NCBI GenBank assembly: GCA_964462425.1
Contig: CAYWYD010000004.1
Span: forward strand, 12,173 to 76,172
DNA: 64,000 nt
Direction: 5' to 3'
DNA from: an uncultured Thermoplasmata archaeon
GTDB lineage: Archaea > Thermoplasmatota > Thermoplasmata > Halarchaeoplasmatales > Halarchaeoplasmataceae
Shown here piece after piece: positions 30,977 to 39,319 of this stretch. The notes under the pieces are model-generated. The model was given only the letters and a program-made list of their open reading frames with translations, ran no database searches and was not told where the DNA came from. The position numbers and the translations under genes are program-made. Positions within the stretch are counted from its first letter, which is position 1. Each line of letters begins with the position of its first letter.

Positions 30977-31774
30977 TTATAAACTTTTTTTGAAGTTTCG
31001 ATCTTCTCTCAGTTCATAGATCTTGGTCTTCACGTCCTCTATGACCTGAGAATACGGGACCACTTTCGGTATTAATTTCTCTATGTCTCTCAGATACTCT
31101 TCTTTAGACGGGTACGAATCCCAAGAGAAATCATCCTCAAGGTCATATCCCTCTAAAAGGGTCTCCAATTTCTTCTCGAACAATTCAGGAGAAACTGTTA
31201 TACCACTCGTCAAAAGATACCAAACATCGTACAGGTCTCTACCTTTAGACCTTGTGAACATAGTGAGGATCTTCTCAACGAGGAGCTCATCTTCATCCAT
31301 GACCTGAACTAGAAATTTCTTCCTAGTCTCAGGATATTCAGAATCTATCAATGTCCATCGTGGTTCCCGCAATGTTCCACCTCTTTCTCCCGCATCAAGT
31401 CTGAATTTATTCTGTGTCTGGTTCGTTCCCTCATATAGGGGGCCGTGAAACCATATTTCACTAGTATAAGCTTTTTCAAACAGCTCTTCCTTGATGAAAC
31501 CGTTTTCGATACCGATCTTTTCAAATCCCATGAGGATGTTTTCCACTTCCTCTTTGAACTGCTCAGGAGCTATTGTCAAATTGAGATCTATATCCTCACT
31601 GAATCGATCTGTTCCGTAGAGATATCTAAGACTGGTTCCTCCTTTGAAAACAGCGCTGTCGTATCTCCTGTAGTAATTGAACAAAAATAACTTTATCAGA
31701 TAATCTTTCTCCTGCTGGTAAAGGTGAAGTGATGTTTTCTTGCTGACATCTTTCAACTTGTCTCGCGATATCAT
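30977..31774 (-). CDS. abiEii: AbiEii-family nucleotidyltransferase toxin (type IV TA)
   Basis: EKDY, FKGGTSL..LYG.DRFSEDID, EK....R.KGRDLYD. Confidence 0.9.
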   Translation of the reverse strand: MISRDKLKDVSKKTSLHLYQQEKDYLIKLFLFNYYRRYDSAVFKGGTSLRYLYGTDRFSEDIDLNLTIAPEQFKEEVENILMGFEKIGIENGFIKEELFEKAYTSEIWFHGPLYEGTNQTQNKFRLDAGERGGTLREPRWTLIDSEYPETRKKFLVQVMDEDELLVEKILTMFTRSKGRDLYDVWYLLTSGITVSPELFEKKLETLLEGYDLEDDFSWDSYPSKEEYLRDIEKLIPKVVPYSQVIEDVKTKIYELREDRNFKKSL

Positions 31775-32556
31775 AAAAAGTCCTCAATATCTCTATTTAT
31801 CTTTATCTTCCAATCGCTGTTATGAGCTTCTACAGGGCCTCCATTAGGATCCAACAGGATAAAGCTCTTTGATCTATTTTCCTTCAGCTTGTTGATCAGT
31901 TCCTCATCAACTAAACCGAGCCTCTCTAAAAGAAAACCCATCCGAGAGACCAACGATTTATTACCAAATCTGATTATATATTCCCCAAATGTATCTATAT
32001 CCAGCCCATCATATCCGTTTTTCAAGCATTTTATATATTCTTCCAGACCTCCACATCTGTCCGGAATGAACAAGGAATCCACCAAAGCCTTTTCTTCATC
32101 GGCTATTATCACACCATCCCGATCATCATATCCAAAAAATCTTTCTGGCTTAAAGGTCGATATCTCCACCTTTTTCTCTCTTACTTTCATATCATGGAAC
32201 TGCTTAGTCGAGACTAACTGTATAAGATTGACCTGCTGTTCAGTAAACCCGTGATATGATAGTGCGTTCCAAAAACTGATGTAAGATGGCTTCACAGCGT
32301 CAGTCATAACCTCGAATATCCTATCGAAGAGATTTTCCTCGAGTGTATAGGTGTCCTTTTTTATCCTGACGATATGTCCTTTTTTATTCAGAGTCGAAAG
32401 CGTATTGTGGATACGAGTTGTTTTCCAACCGGACAAGGCCTTTATTTCTTCTACACCGAAGATGAGAAGATCCTCGGACCTTATAGATTCTACCACATAT
32501 GCTTCGTTCTCGGATAAGGAGCTATAATTTATACCCGGATTTTGTTGTTTATCCAT
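31771..32556 (-). CDS. abiEi: AbiEi-family antitoxin/transcriptional regulator
   Basis: N-terminal wHTH, PSYISFW.AL.YHG.TEQ, FFGY, EKALVD.L, R.GFLL; 4-bp overlap with abiEii. Confidence 0.85.
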   Translation of the reverse strand: MDKQQNPGINYSSLSENEAYVVESIRSEDLLIFGVEEIKALSGWKTTRIHNTLSTLNKKGHIVRIKKDTYTLEENLFDRIFEVMTDAVKPSYISFWNALSYHGFTEQQVNLIQLVSTKQFHDMKVREKKVEISTFKPERFFGYDDRDGVIIADEEKALVDSLFIPDRCGGLEEYIKCLKNGYDGLDIDTFGEYIIRFGNKSLVSRMGFLLERLGLVDEELINKLKENRSKSFILLDPNGGPVEAHNSDWKIKINRDIEDFL

Positions 32557-32594
32557 TATTTGAGCATATGCTTTATAGTAAATATCATTTTTGG

Positions 32595-32617
32595 TTGGAT
32601 GTTTTTAAAATATCCAA
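32595..32617. promoter_or_regulatory. 23-bp inverted repeat over the abiE promoter
   Basis: TTGGATGTTTT-T-AAAATATCCAA (10/11 arm match); second palindrome AGCATATGCT at 32563-32572. Confidence 0.55.
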
Positions 32618-32635
32618 TATTTCCTCCTTCCCGTG

Positions 32636-34237
32636 TCAAGTGAACTTTTCCAATGAACTCTGTTCTCTAACTTCCTGGTCCATCAGTTCATCCAAAACCT
32701 TTTCCGGATCCTCGCTACTCTCCAATTTTTCTTTCAACCTGTAGACGTGGTCGAACATCTTCATCTCAGCATCTTTACTTTTCCAGTAAAAAGCCTCGTC
32801 CTTGGTATCTTGAGTTATCAGGATGTAGACTTCGCCAGGCCTGTTATCTCTCCCGGTCCTTCCTTTCCTCTGTATCGAACGGATCGCCGAGGGAACGGGC
32901 TCATAAAAGATGACGAGTTCCGTCGCCGGTATATCGAGACCCTCTTCGCCTATTCTCGTACAGATAAGAACGTTGTACTCGCCCTCTTTATACTTTTCAA
33001 GCGTCTCTTTCTGCTCGGCCTGGCTCATCCCCTCGTCATGTTTCTTGTCCGCCTGCCCCACCAGAGACGTTGGTCTTATACCTTCTAGATGATCCAACTC
33101 TTCCAATAGGTGATCGACGGTGTCACGATACTGAGCGAACACCATGGCTCTTCCGTCACCCACTTCGTCTCTCAATATCCTCTTGACCTCGGTCAACTTT
33201 GGATTCACTTCCACGGGCATGGCTTTCAGGTCCAGCAATTCTTCACTCAAACGATCGAATTCTTTTTTCTTTTTCACATACTTGGAAGAGCGATCATCGT
33301 CCTCTTTCAGTTGAAGTAGATATCTATAGGCGGCGTCTATCCCCTGGGTCATAAGTAACTCTTTCAGATGTGTCACTTTGATAGATGCGGAAGTGAGTGA
33401 GAGAGCGTGAAAGAGATATCCTTTGTTCCCTTTTCCGCTTTTGACACGTTTTTGGAGGTCCTCTTGTACCTCTATCAAGGCGGTTTTCCCCACGTTTTCA
33501 GCGTTCATATTCCTCGCACGCTGTGAATAATCGCTTAGATCGTTAAGGAACTCTTCAAGCATGGAGTTCAACCACTCCTCCATCTTCGCTATCTCGTCGG
33601 GCTTCTCTATCTCGATCCACTCGAAGTATTTATCGGAAACATAGGGCTTTACGTCCTCATCGTCTTCCGTCCTCACTTCTATAGATTCAATTCCAAGGTT
33701 GTAACAGACCTCGATCAGTTTTTCGTAGGAGCCGCCTGGGGAGGCGGTAAGCCCCAGGTACTGCATCTCGTTTTTACAGGCCTTAGCTATCTCCGCATAA
33801 GCGTAATCTCCCACCGCTCTGTGTACCTCGTCGAAGACGATCAGCCCGAACTTCGACCGCGGTATCAGATGAAGATCGTTGTTGACGGTCTGAGGGGTAG
33901 CGATAAAGACTTGATGATCTTTTTCCCACAGTTCCTCCCTATCCTTTCGATCGTAGAGTTCTCCGGTTATCAAGATGAAATCCTCGTCCTCGAGTAAAGT
34001 GTTCTCAGCAAGAAAGTCGAGATGCTGCTGGCACAATGGCTTCGTAGGAGCCATCATCAGGACATTTTCATCCCTCTCTACGAAATCACAGATGAGATAG
34101 AGAGCTATAGCTGTTTTTCCAAGACCAGTAGGCAGCACTACCAAAGAATCTTCATCATAGATCTCGCTGAAGATGTTGAGCTGGTATTCTCTCTCTTCGA
34201 TCAGATCTTCATCGATCGGAGAAGGTATCTCGACCAT
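32636..34237 (-). CDS. hef: Hef/FANCM-like SF2 helicase without an ERCC4 nuclease domain
   Basis: REYQ, LPTGLGKT, DEVH, TASPG, EEGLDIP, YEPVPSAIR.IQR.GRTGR; C-terminal QSSLEKF; start ATG 34237. Confidence 0.88.
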   Translation of the reverse strand: MVEIPSPIDEDLIEEREYQLNIFSEIYDEDSLVVLPTGLGKTAIALYLICDFVERDENVLMMAPTKPLCQQHLDFLAENTLLEDEDFILITGELYDRKDREELWEKDHQVFIATPQTVNNDLHLIPRSKFGLIVFDEVHRAVGDYAYAEIAKACKNEMQYLGLTASPGGSYEKLIEVCYNLGIESIEVRTEDDEDVKPYVSDKYFEWIEIEKPDEIAKMEEWLNSMLEEFLNDLSDYSQRARNMNAENVGKTALIEVQEDLQKRVKSGKGNKGYLFHALSLTSASIKVTHLKELLMTQGIDAAYRYLLQLKEDDDRSSKYVKKKKEFDRLSEELLDLKAMPVEVNPKLTEVKRILRDEVGDGRAMVFAQYRDTVDHLLEELDHLEGIRPTSLVGQADKKHDEGMSQAEQKETLEKYKEGEYNVLICTRIGEEGLDIPATELVIFYEPVPSAIRSIQRKGRTGRDNRPGEVYILITQDTKDEAFYWKSKDAEMKMFDHVYRLKEKLESSEDPEKVLDELMDQEVREQSSLEKFT

Positions 34238-34290
34238 CGCTGTTTGAATAACTTTAGAACGGTATAAATCTTTACCCGAGTGCAACAAAA

Positions 34291-34350
34291 GTGATAGATT
34301 CAATCCGTTTTGATAGAATTAGTGATAGAATTGTACTTCACCCTTATATA
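34291..34350 (+). promoter_or_regulatory. Three TGATAGA direct repeats upstream of a TATA box
   Basis: GTGATAGATT 34291, TGATAGAATT 34311, GTGATAGAATT 34322; CTTATATA 34343. Confidence 0.4.
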
Positions 34351-34381
34351 TCCCGAAGAAGGATGAATTAAACGTGATAAT

Positions 34382-35950
34382 ATGAAAGCAAAAATGAAGA
34401 AAGCTATGTCTATGTTGATAGCGAGCGTCTTGATCCTATCGTTTGTTACAGTGGTAACCGGGACGACTAGTGCTATCGGGGAGAAAGGCTGGAGTATAAC
34501 TATCGATCACGATGAGCCTACAGATATGTTCGAAGGTGGAAATCATACCGATTTCGTCTTTGAGAACGAAGACGGAAGAGAAGATGCCCGTTTTGGAGTT
34601 ATATGGGGAACTGAAGAAAACCCGAATTCGATCATAATGACCACCAACCAGAAGAGATACCTGGGCAGAGTCTCAGTAGAAGGCGAGGCTAAACAAGGGT
34701 CTGATTCCGAGGAAATAGACGAAGAACGCTTCATCAAGATCGGTTCTATGTTCGGTGTAAAGATAGGCAATATCTACGAATACGAAACACTAGAAAACGA
34801 GAGCGTCGCGCCTTTCACGGTTGATCAAAGCGGTGAAGTCGATTCTAGTCTTGGCGCCTTCAAATATGTGAATCTCAGAGAAGCTACCTGGGAACCTAGT
34901 GAGGTCGAGGAGATAGATGGAGACGGATCCACTACAAACTGGAAGATGAGTCTGACCGCCGAGGATTTACCCTATGAACCTATAGCAAGCGAAGAACTCG
35001 ATCCGGAGTTCGAAGATGAAAAGTTAGATCAGATCAAATTCACCTTCCATCTAAGCGCGACGATAGAAGAACGAGAGGATGTCGAGATCCCCCAGTTTTC
35101 GGCCGAAGTAGAAAGTCAATGGTCTCGTGGCGATCATAATTCTGATAATAAATACGGCGGCCATAGACTGCAGCACATGGAAAGAAAGGGAACACAGAAC
35201 GGAACTGCTCTCGTAGGTAGTTACGACATAAAATGGGACAAGGAGATAAAAGGCTGGGACTTCGACCCTGAAAATGAGAATCCCTCTTTGCTCCTAGGAT
35301 TCCAAAATTTCTTTGGAAACCGTATAAAGGACATGGAACAGTGGCACAAGGAGTTCATGCACCAGAGCGGTGAAAATGTACGGATGGAAACTAGAGATAG
35401 CCAGGAGGGTGAATTCAGAGCCGAATTTGCCGTAGAGCAGAAGTTCCAAGAGCGAAAACTAATCCGGAACCGGATCGAATACGGTGGAGATTGGTCTCGG
35501 GCCGGTATGTTCAGCTGGGTCTCGAATGTAACGGTCGATGGAGAACAAAAAGAGGCGACGGCTCAGTTATTCGGTGGCGCTCCTTGGATGTATCCGTTCG
35601 GCGTACGAATGAACGAGTCGGGACTGCCCGACTTCGAGATGCCGGAATACATGGGCTTCATGAGCTGGGGCGGTCTGAATTATCCCGGTGGAGAAGAGAT
35701 TTTCCACGACCCCGCATTATCTGGCGAGGCATATCTAGACATGAGTGTCGAAGAGGAACCGGACAGCCTGTTCGGAAGATTGAAAGGGAATCTCACTACG
35801 GTGCTCTCATTCATCCTGGTAGGGGCAGCGATAGTGATAGTCATAGGAGCGGCCCTTTACAGGAGAAAGGATAAAGGATCAGCAAGAAAAGAGAGAAACG
35901 ATAGGGAGAACGAAGAAGACTGGTCGGAATACTATGACAGGAACCGGTAA
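34382..35950 (+). CDS. Secreted, C-terminally membrane-anchored protein of unknown function
   Basis: Signal peptide, acidic beta-rich body, IFHDP near the end, TM plus basic tail. Confidence 0.75.
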   Translation: MKAKMKKAMSMLIASVLILSFVTVVTGTTSAIGEKGWSITIDHDEPTDMFEGGNHTDFVFENEDGREDARFGVIWGTEENPNSIIMTTNQKRYLGRVSVEGEAKQGSDSEEIDEERFIKIGSMFGVKIGNIYEYETLENESVAPFTVDQSGEVDSSLGAFKYVNLREATWEPSEVEEIDGDGSTTNWKMSLTAEDLPYEPIASEELDPEFEDEKLDQIKFTFHLSATIEEREDVEIPQFSAEVESQWSRGDHNSDNKYGGHRLQHMERKGTQNGTALVGSYDIKWDKEIKGWDFDPENENPSLLLGFQNFFGNRIKDMEQWHKEFMHQSGENVRMETRDSQEGEFRAEFAVEQKFQERKLIRNRIEYGGDWSRAGMFSWVSNVTVDGEQKEATAQLFGGAPWMYPFGVRMNESGLPDFEMPEYMGFMSWGGLNYPGGEEIFHDPALSGEAYLDMSVEEEPDSLFGRLKGNLTTVLSFILVGAAIVIVIGAALYRRKDKGSARKERNDRENEEDWSEYYDRNR

Positions 35951-35962
35951 AAGTTGATATCT

Positions 35963-35980
35963 AAAACCCCTTTCCCTTTT
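35963..35980 (+). terminator. Terminator-like pyrimidine tract
   Basis: AAAACCCCTTTCCCTTTT after the stop, between convergent genes. Confidence 0.45.
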
Positions 35981-36028
35981 TATATATATATCACAACTAG
36001 TTATCTGAGAAGATTGCTTACCATCATT

Positions 36029-36556
36029 TCACACTGAAAAGTCTTCCCAAGCATCGACGAAATTTTCCACTACATCTTCAGGGGGACTATATTCTAAAAG
36101 TAAGTGCGATATATGTTGTTTATCCACGACCTCATATGAACGTCCATCCTTCTTTAATACATCTTTTTTTTCGAGTTTTTTAAGATGATAAGAAAGAGTC
36201 GAAGCGGGTAGGTCCAACTCATCACTTATCTCCTTATGTCTTGCTTCTCCTCCGTTATTTAACAGGTATAGTACTATACCTAAAGGTTTCTCCTTCCTTA
36301 ACAAGCCTAACAGCCTCTTCTCCCTAGGGTTCAGTCGCTCACCTCTAGGATATTCATTCGGGTAATATCTCTTATAGCCTTCTTCCTCGAGCTTATTTAC
36401 AGCTTTCATCTCCTCGAGCTTTTGAAGATGATATTTGACTAGATTTAGATCCCTCTCCGTTTTTCTTCCTATCGCTTTCATGTTGAGGCCGGGATATTTT
36501 TTGATGACCTTAAAAATCTCTTTTCTAGTCTCCAGCTCCAGCTCAGGTTCTCCCAT
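36029..36556 (-). CDS. Tandem winged-HTH regulator (COG3398-like)
   Basis: R..IF..I..YPG...YHL..LE...Y.RYY, then a second HTH STLSYHLKKL. Confidence 0.82.
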   Translation of the reverse strand: MGEPELELETRKEIFKVIKKYPGLNMKAIGRKTERDLNLVKYHLQKLEEMKAVNKLEEEGYKRYYPNEYPRGERLNPREKRLLGLLRKEKPLGIVLYLLNNGGEARHKEISDELDLPASTLSYHLKKLEKKDVLKKDGRSYEVVDKQHISHLLLEYSPPEDVVENFVDAWEDFSV

Positions 36557-36560
36557 GTAT

Positions 36561-36839
36561 CTACCTCTTGAGAGAAGTCAGATAGAACAGGCTAAGGATT
36601 ATATTATCGAGCACCAATACGGGAAGCCAGAAGGAAAAATCTACCTCGATGGGATTTATATAGGAATTATAGGAAAGCCAAACACCCTTGATGAAGAATG
36701 ATAAAAAAGCAAACATTATGAAAAGAAATTTACTGTTTCTGGTTCTCCTGTATCCGATGATGGCTATGATCGTTAAAGCTAATGAAAGAACAGTCATTAT
36801 CCCTAAAACCGCATTGTAAGCTATTTCGACATTTGTCAT
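36561..36839 (-). CDS. Small 3-TM membrane protein coupled to the wHTH gene
   Basis: Three hydrophobic helices, YRRT...FL..AF..F; 4 bp upstream of the regulator gene. Confidence 0.7.
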   Translation of the reverse strand: MTNVEIAYNAVLGIMTVLSLALTIIAIIGYRRTRNSKFLFIMFAFLSFFIKGVWLSYNSYINPIEVDFSFWLPVLVLDNIILSLFYLTSLKR

Positions 36840-36878
36840 TTTGATTCACCGATAAATAAGAAAAGAAAAGGGGTTTTA

Positions 36879-38810
36879 TTATTTTCCTTTCTTGGTGATC
36901 CAAACGGTAGCTAGTACAACCAGCGCCACTATGAAGACCACCGGTAGATAGTACTGAGGCTTTACCAGCGATCCTATCCCCGTCTCAGCCCTAGAGACCT
37001 CTATGCTGTGTGTCGAAAAGTGTGGGACCATCACTAAGACCTCTATTTTCTCCGAACCGATGCTTACCAGGTACTCCGCGTCGTCGGATGAATCTGTAAG
37101 ATCTTTATAATCATCGGCCATGTCGATCTCTTCTTCATCAAATGTCACTTCTATTTCTTCAGCCTTTTCAGCGTCTAGCGCGTCTTTGTAGATCCTTAGA
37201 GCTACGACCTTTCCTTCTTCTCCAAGCGTGTCAGATGATACTGTCACTCGTACTCTTTCGTTTTGCTGGGCCTGTGTCATGATCTGCATGTCGGCATAGC
37301 TCACCGATGTCTCTGAGATTCTATCTCCGTCTCTGTCCACTATGACTTCTCCTCCTACTTTACCTTGAGAGATGCCATCTGAGATGTTCTTGTCCATCTC
37401 CCGTTCCCTTTCGCGCTCTCTTTCACGTTCTCTTTCTTCTCCTTCAAACCCTGTCATCCTGAACACTAGGAAGAGGTCATCTTCGAAGGTGTAGTTGACA
37501 ACCCCATCACCAATATCGATATCTAAAGATTTGTTCCATGGCTCCTCTCCTTCGGAGACCGAAAGTAGCTTAGCTGTGCGATTGCCATGAGACAAGATCA
37601 AATTAGGCCCTTCTTGTTCAACCACCTCTAGATCACCTAGGTCGAAGCTCACTTTACGGGGAGTATCTTTTCTGTTCTCTGTTTCTATGTCGAGGAGTTC
37701 ACCGGTATAGCCATCGATCTTCAACCCGTATATCTTTTCGTCTCCTACGATCTCTATTTCATAAGAGGGATAAGCTTCATCGCCTTCTACTTCGAGTTCT
37801 AGACTCTCAAGAGTACCGTTAGCTATCCCATATGCGACCTCGAGTGCCTCCTCATGACCTATCAATTGATCCCATTCTGGCGTCACGTCCTCATCCTCAT
37901 CGTAATCATTCATTTCGGATCCAAGGACCTCACCAGTATACGCATCGACTGCTATTTGATGTACCTTTTCATCTTCTACGATCTCCATATGGTAGAGGTA
38001 TCTATCTTCGTCTTCTTCAAGCTCGAAATCGGTCAAGGTTCCATTGACATTTTCAAACGCGATATCCAGCGCTTCTTCTCTGCCTATCAGTTGATCCCAT
38101 TCCGGCGTTAAATCGCTCTCGTAGTCTGATCTAGCATCGATCTTCATCAGGGCGGGCGCCACGTCATATATCTTGATCCCTGTATCCTCGCCCTCGATCT
38201 CATAGATAGCTCCGTCGGTTTCGTTCTCCTCGATGACCATATCTGGAATTATCACATTCTCGAAAAGGAAGAACTCGGTATTATTCATCTGCAGCGTGTA
38301 ATTGGCTATCCCGTTTTCTAGCAATTCAAAGGAAGTAAAAGTGCCTTCGGTTCTATTCCAGGAACCAACGCCTCCTTCGTCATCATCCTCATCGTCGTCC
38401 TCTTCACCTTCTTCACCTTCCTCACCTTCTTCATCGCCGTCTTCGTCGTCCTCTTCGCCTTCATCGTCGTCTTCCTCATCCTCATCATCGCCGTCGTTCT
38501 CTCCATCGTCTTCCTCGCCTTCGCTATCATCTTCATCACTTTCACTGTCATTACCTTCATCGGTTTCTTCACTTTCGCTGTCTTCCCCTTCCTCTTCATC
38601 GCCATCGTCGGTTTCATTGTCATCGTGTTCTCCTTCTTCATCCTCGCCGGCACTGTCGTCACCACTATCATCACTTTCGTCGGCATCATCCCTGGCCATT
38701 GAAGGTCCTAGTTGACTATCTCCTCTAAAAGCTATACTCAATCCCGATGTCACCAGGAAAATCGCCATTAACCCTACTAACGCTATCGTTACCAATCTTT
38801 TCGTTCTCAT
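36879..38810 (-). CDS. Membrane-anchored surface protein with D/E tract and two PepSY domains
   Basis: Signal peptide, ~105-aa D/E tract, 2x IG.EEAL.IA...ELE...Y....D.YTGE.L, (RE)n run, PHFS, C-terminal TM. Confidence 0.75.
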   Translation of the reverse strand: MRTKRLVTIALVGLMAIFLVTSGLSIAFRGDSQLGPSMARDDADESDDSGDDSAGEDEEGEHDDNETDDGDEEEGEDSESEETDEGNDSESDEDDSEGEEDDGENDGDDEDEEDDDEGEEDDEDGDEEGEEGEEGEEDDDEDDDEGGVGSWNRTEGTFTSFELLENGIANYTLQMNNTEFFLFENVIIPDMVIEENETDGAIYEIEGEDTGIKIYDVAPALMKIDARSDYESDLTPEWDQLIGREEALDIAFENVNGTLTDFELEEDEDRYLYHMEIVEDEKVHQIAVDAYTGEVLGSEMNDYDEDEDVTPEWDQLIGHEEALEVAYGIANGTLESLELEVEGDEAYPSYEIEIVGDEKIYGLKIDGYTGELLDIETENRKDTPRKVSFDLGDLEVVEQEGPNLILSHGNRTAKLLSVSEGEEPWNKSLDIDIGDGVVNYTFEDDLFLVFRMTGFEGEEREREREREREREMDKNISDGISQGKVGGEVIVDRDGDRISETSVSYADMQIMTQAQQNERVRVTVSSDTLGEEGKVVALRIYKDALDAEKAEEIEVTFDEEEIDMADDYKDLTDSSDDAEYLVSIGSEKIEVLVMVPHFSTHSIEVSRAETGIGSLVKPQYYLPVVFIVALVVLATVWITKKGK

Positions 38811-38968
38811 CTTATCACATATGAAAAAGGGTTATTCCTTATTTATAAGGGTTATTTCACCATTTTCGAACAAACATAAATCTAGACTCCGATTGACGAT
38901 CTTTTAAGGAGAACCTCGATCCTGAATTACTTGACTTGGTAAACGACACTCCTCCATTTCATCATATT

Positions 38969-39319
38969 TCAGATATTCATATCGAAGCCTTTAGGATAAA
39001 AGATCGAGAGTACGAACAGCGCCACTAAACCTAAACCTCCAGCCCAGCTCAGCAGTAACACAACCGAAGGAAAGGTGACGATCGTGAAAACCATGTAAAG
39101 AAGGTATATTATCAGCAGTATCGTACCCACTGTTAGGAAAAGGTAGGCGGACTCTTTTTTACCAGTGTCCCAGTCCGAAACGCCGGAGGGATATCTCAAG
39201 CCTATATATCCAAGGAGGACAAAGGTCAATATGAACAAAGACCAGAAGGGATTCGTACCTAGTGAGAGTAGAACGATGAATACGATGACCGATAAAAAGA
39301 TCAGCACGCGATCTCTCAT
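38969..39319 (-). CDS. Small 4-TM membrane protein, last gene of the AAA operon
   Basis: Hydrophobic helices; ATG directly follows the AAA stop; GGAGG RBS. Confidence 0.75.
   Translation of the reverse strand: MRDRVLIFLSVIVFIVLLSLGTNPFWSLFILTFVLLGYIGLRYPSGVSDWDTGKKESAYLFLTVGTILLIIYLLYMVFTIVTFPSVVLLLSWAGGLGLVALFVLSIFYPKGFDMNI

Noticed and set aside
38302..38715. Ser-rich and Met/Lys/Thr-rich alternative ORFs
   Set aside because: Shadow frames of the D/E low-complexity tract
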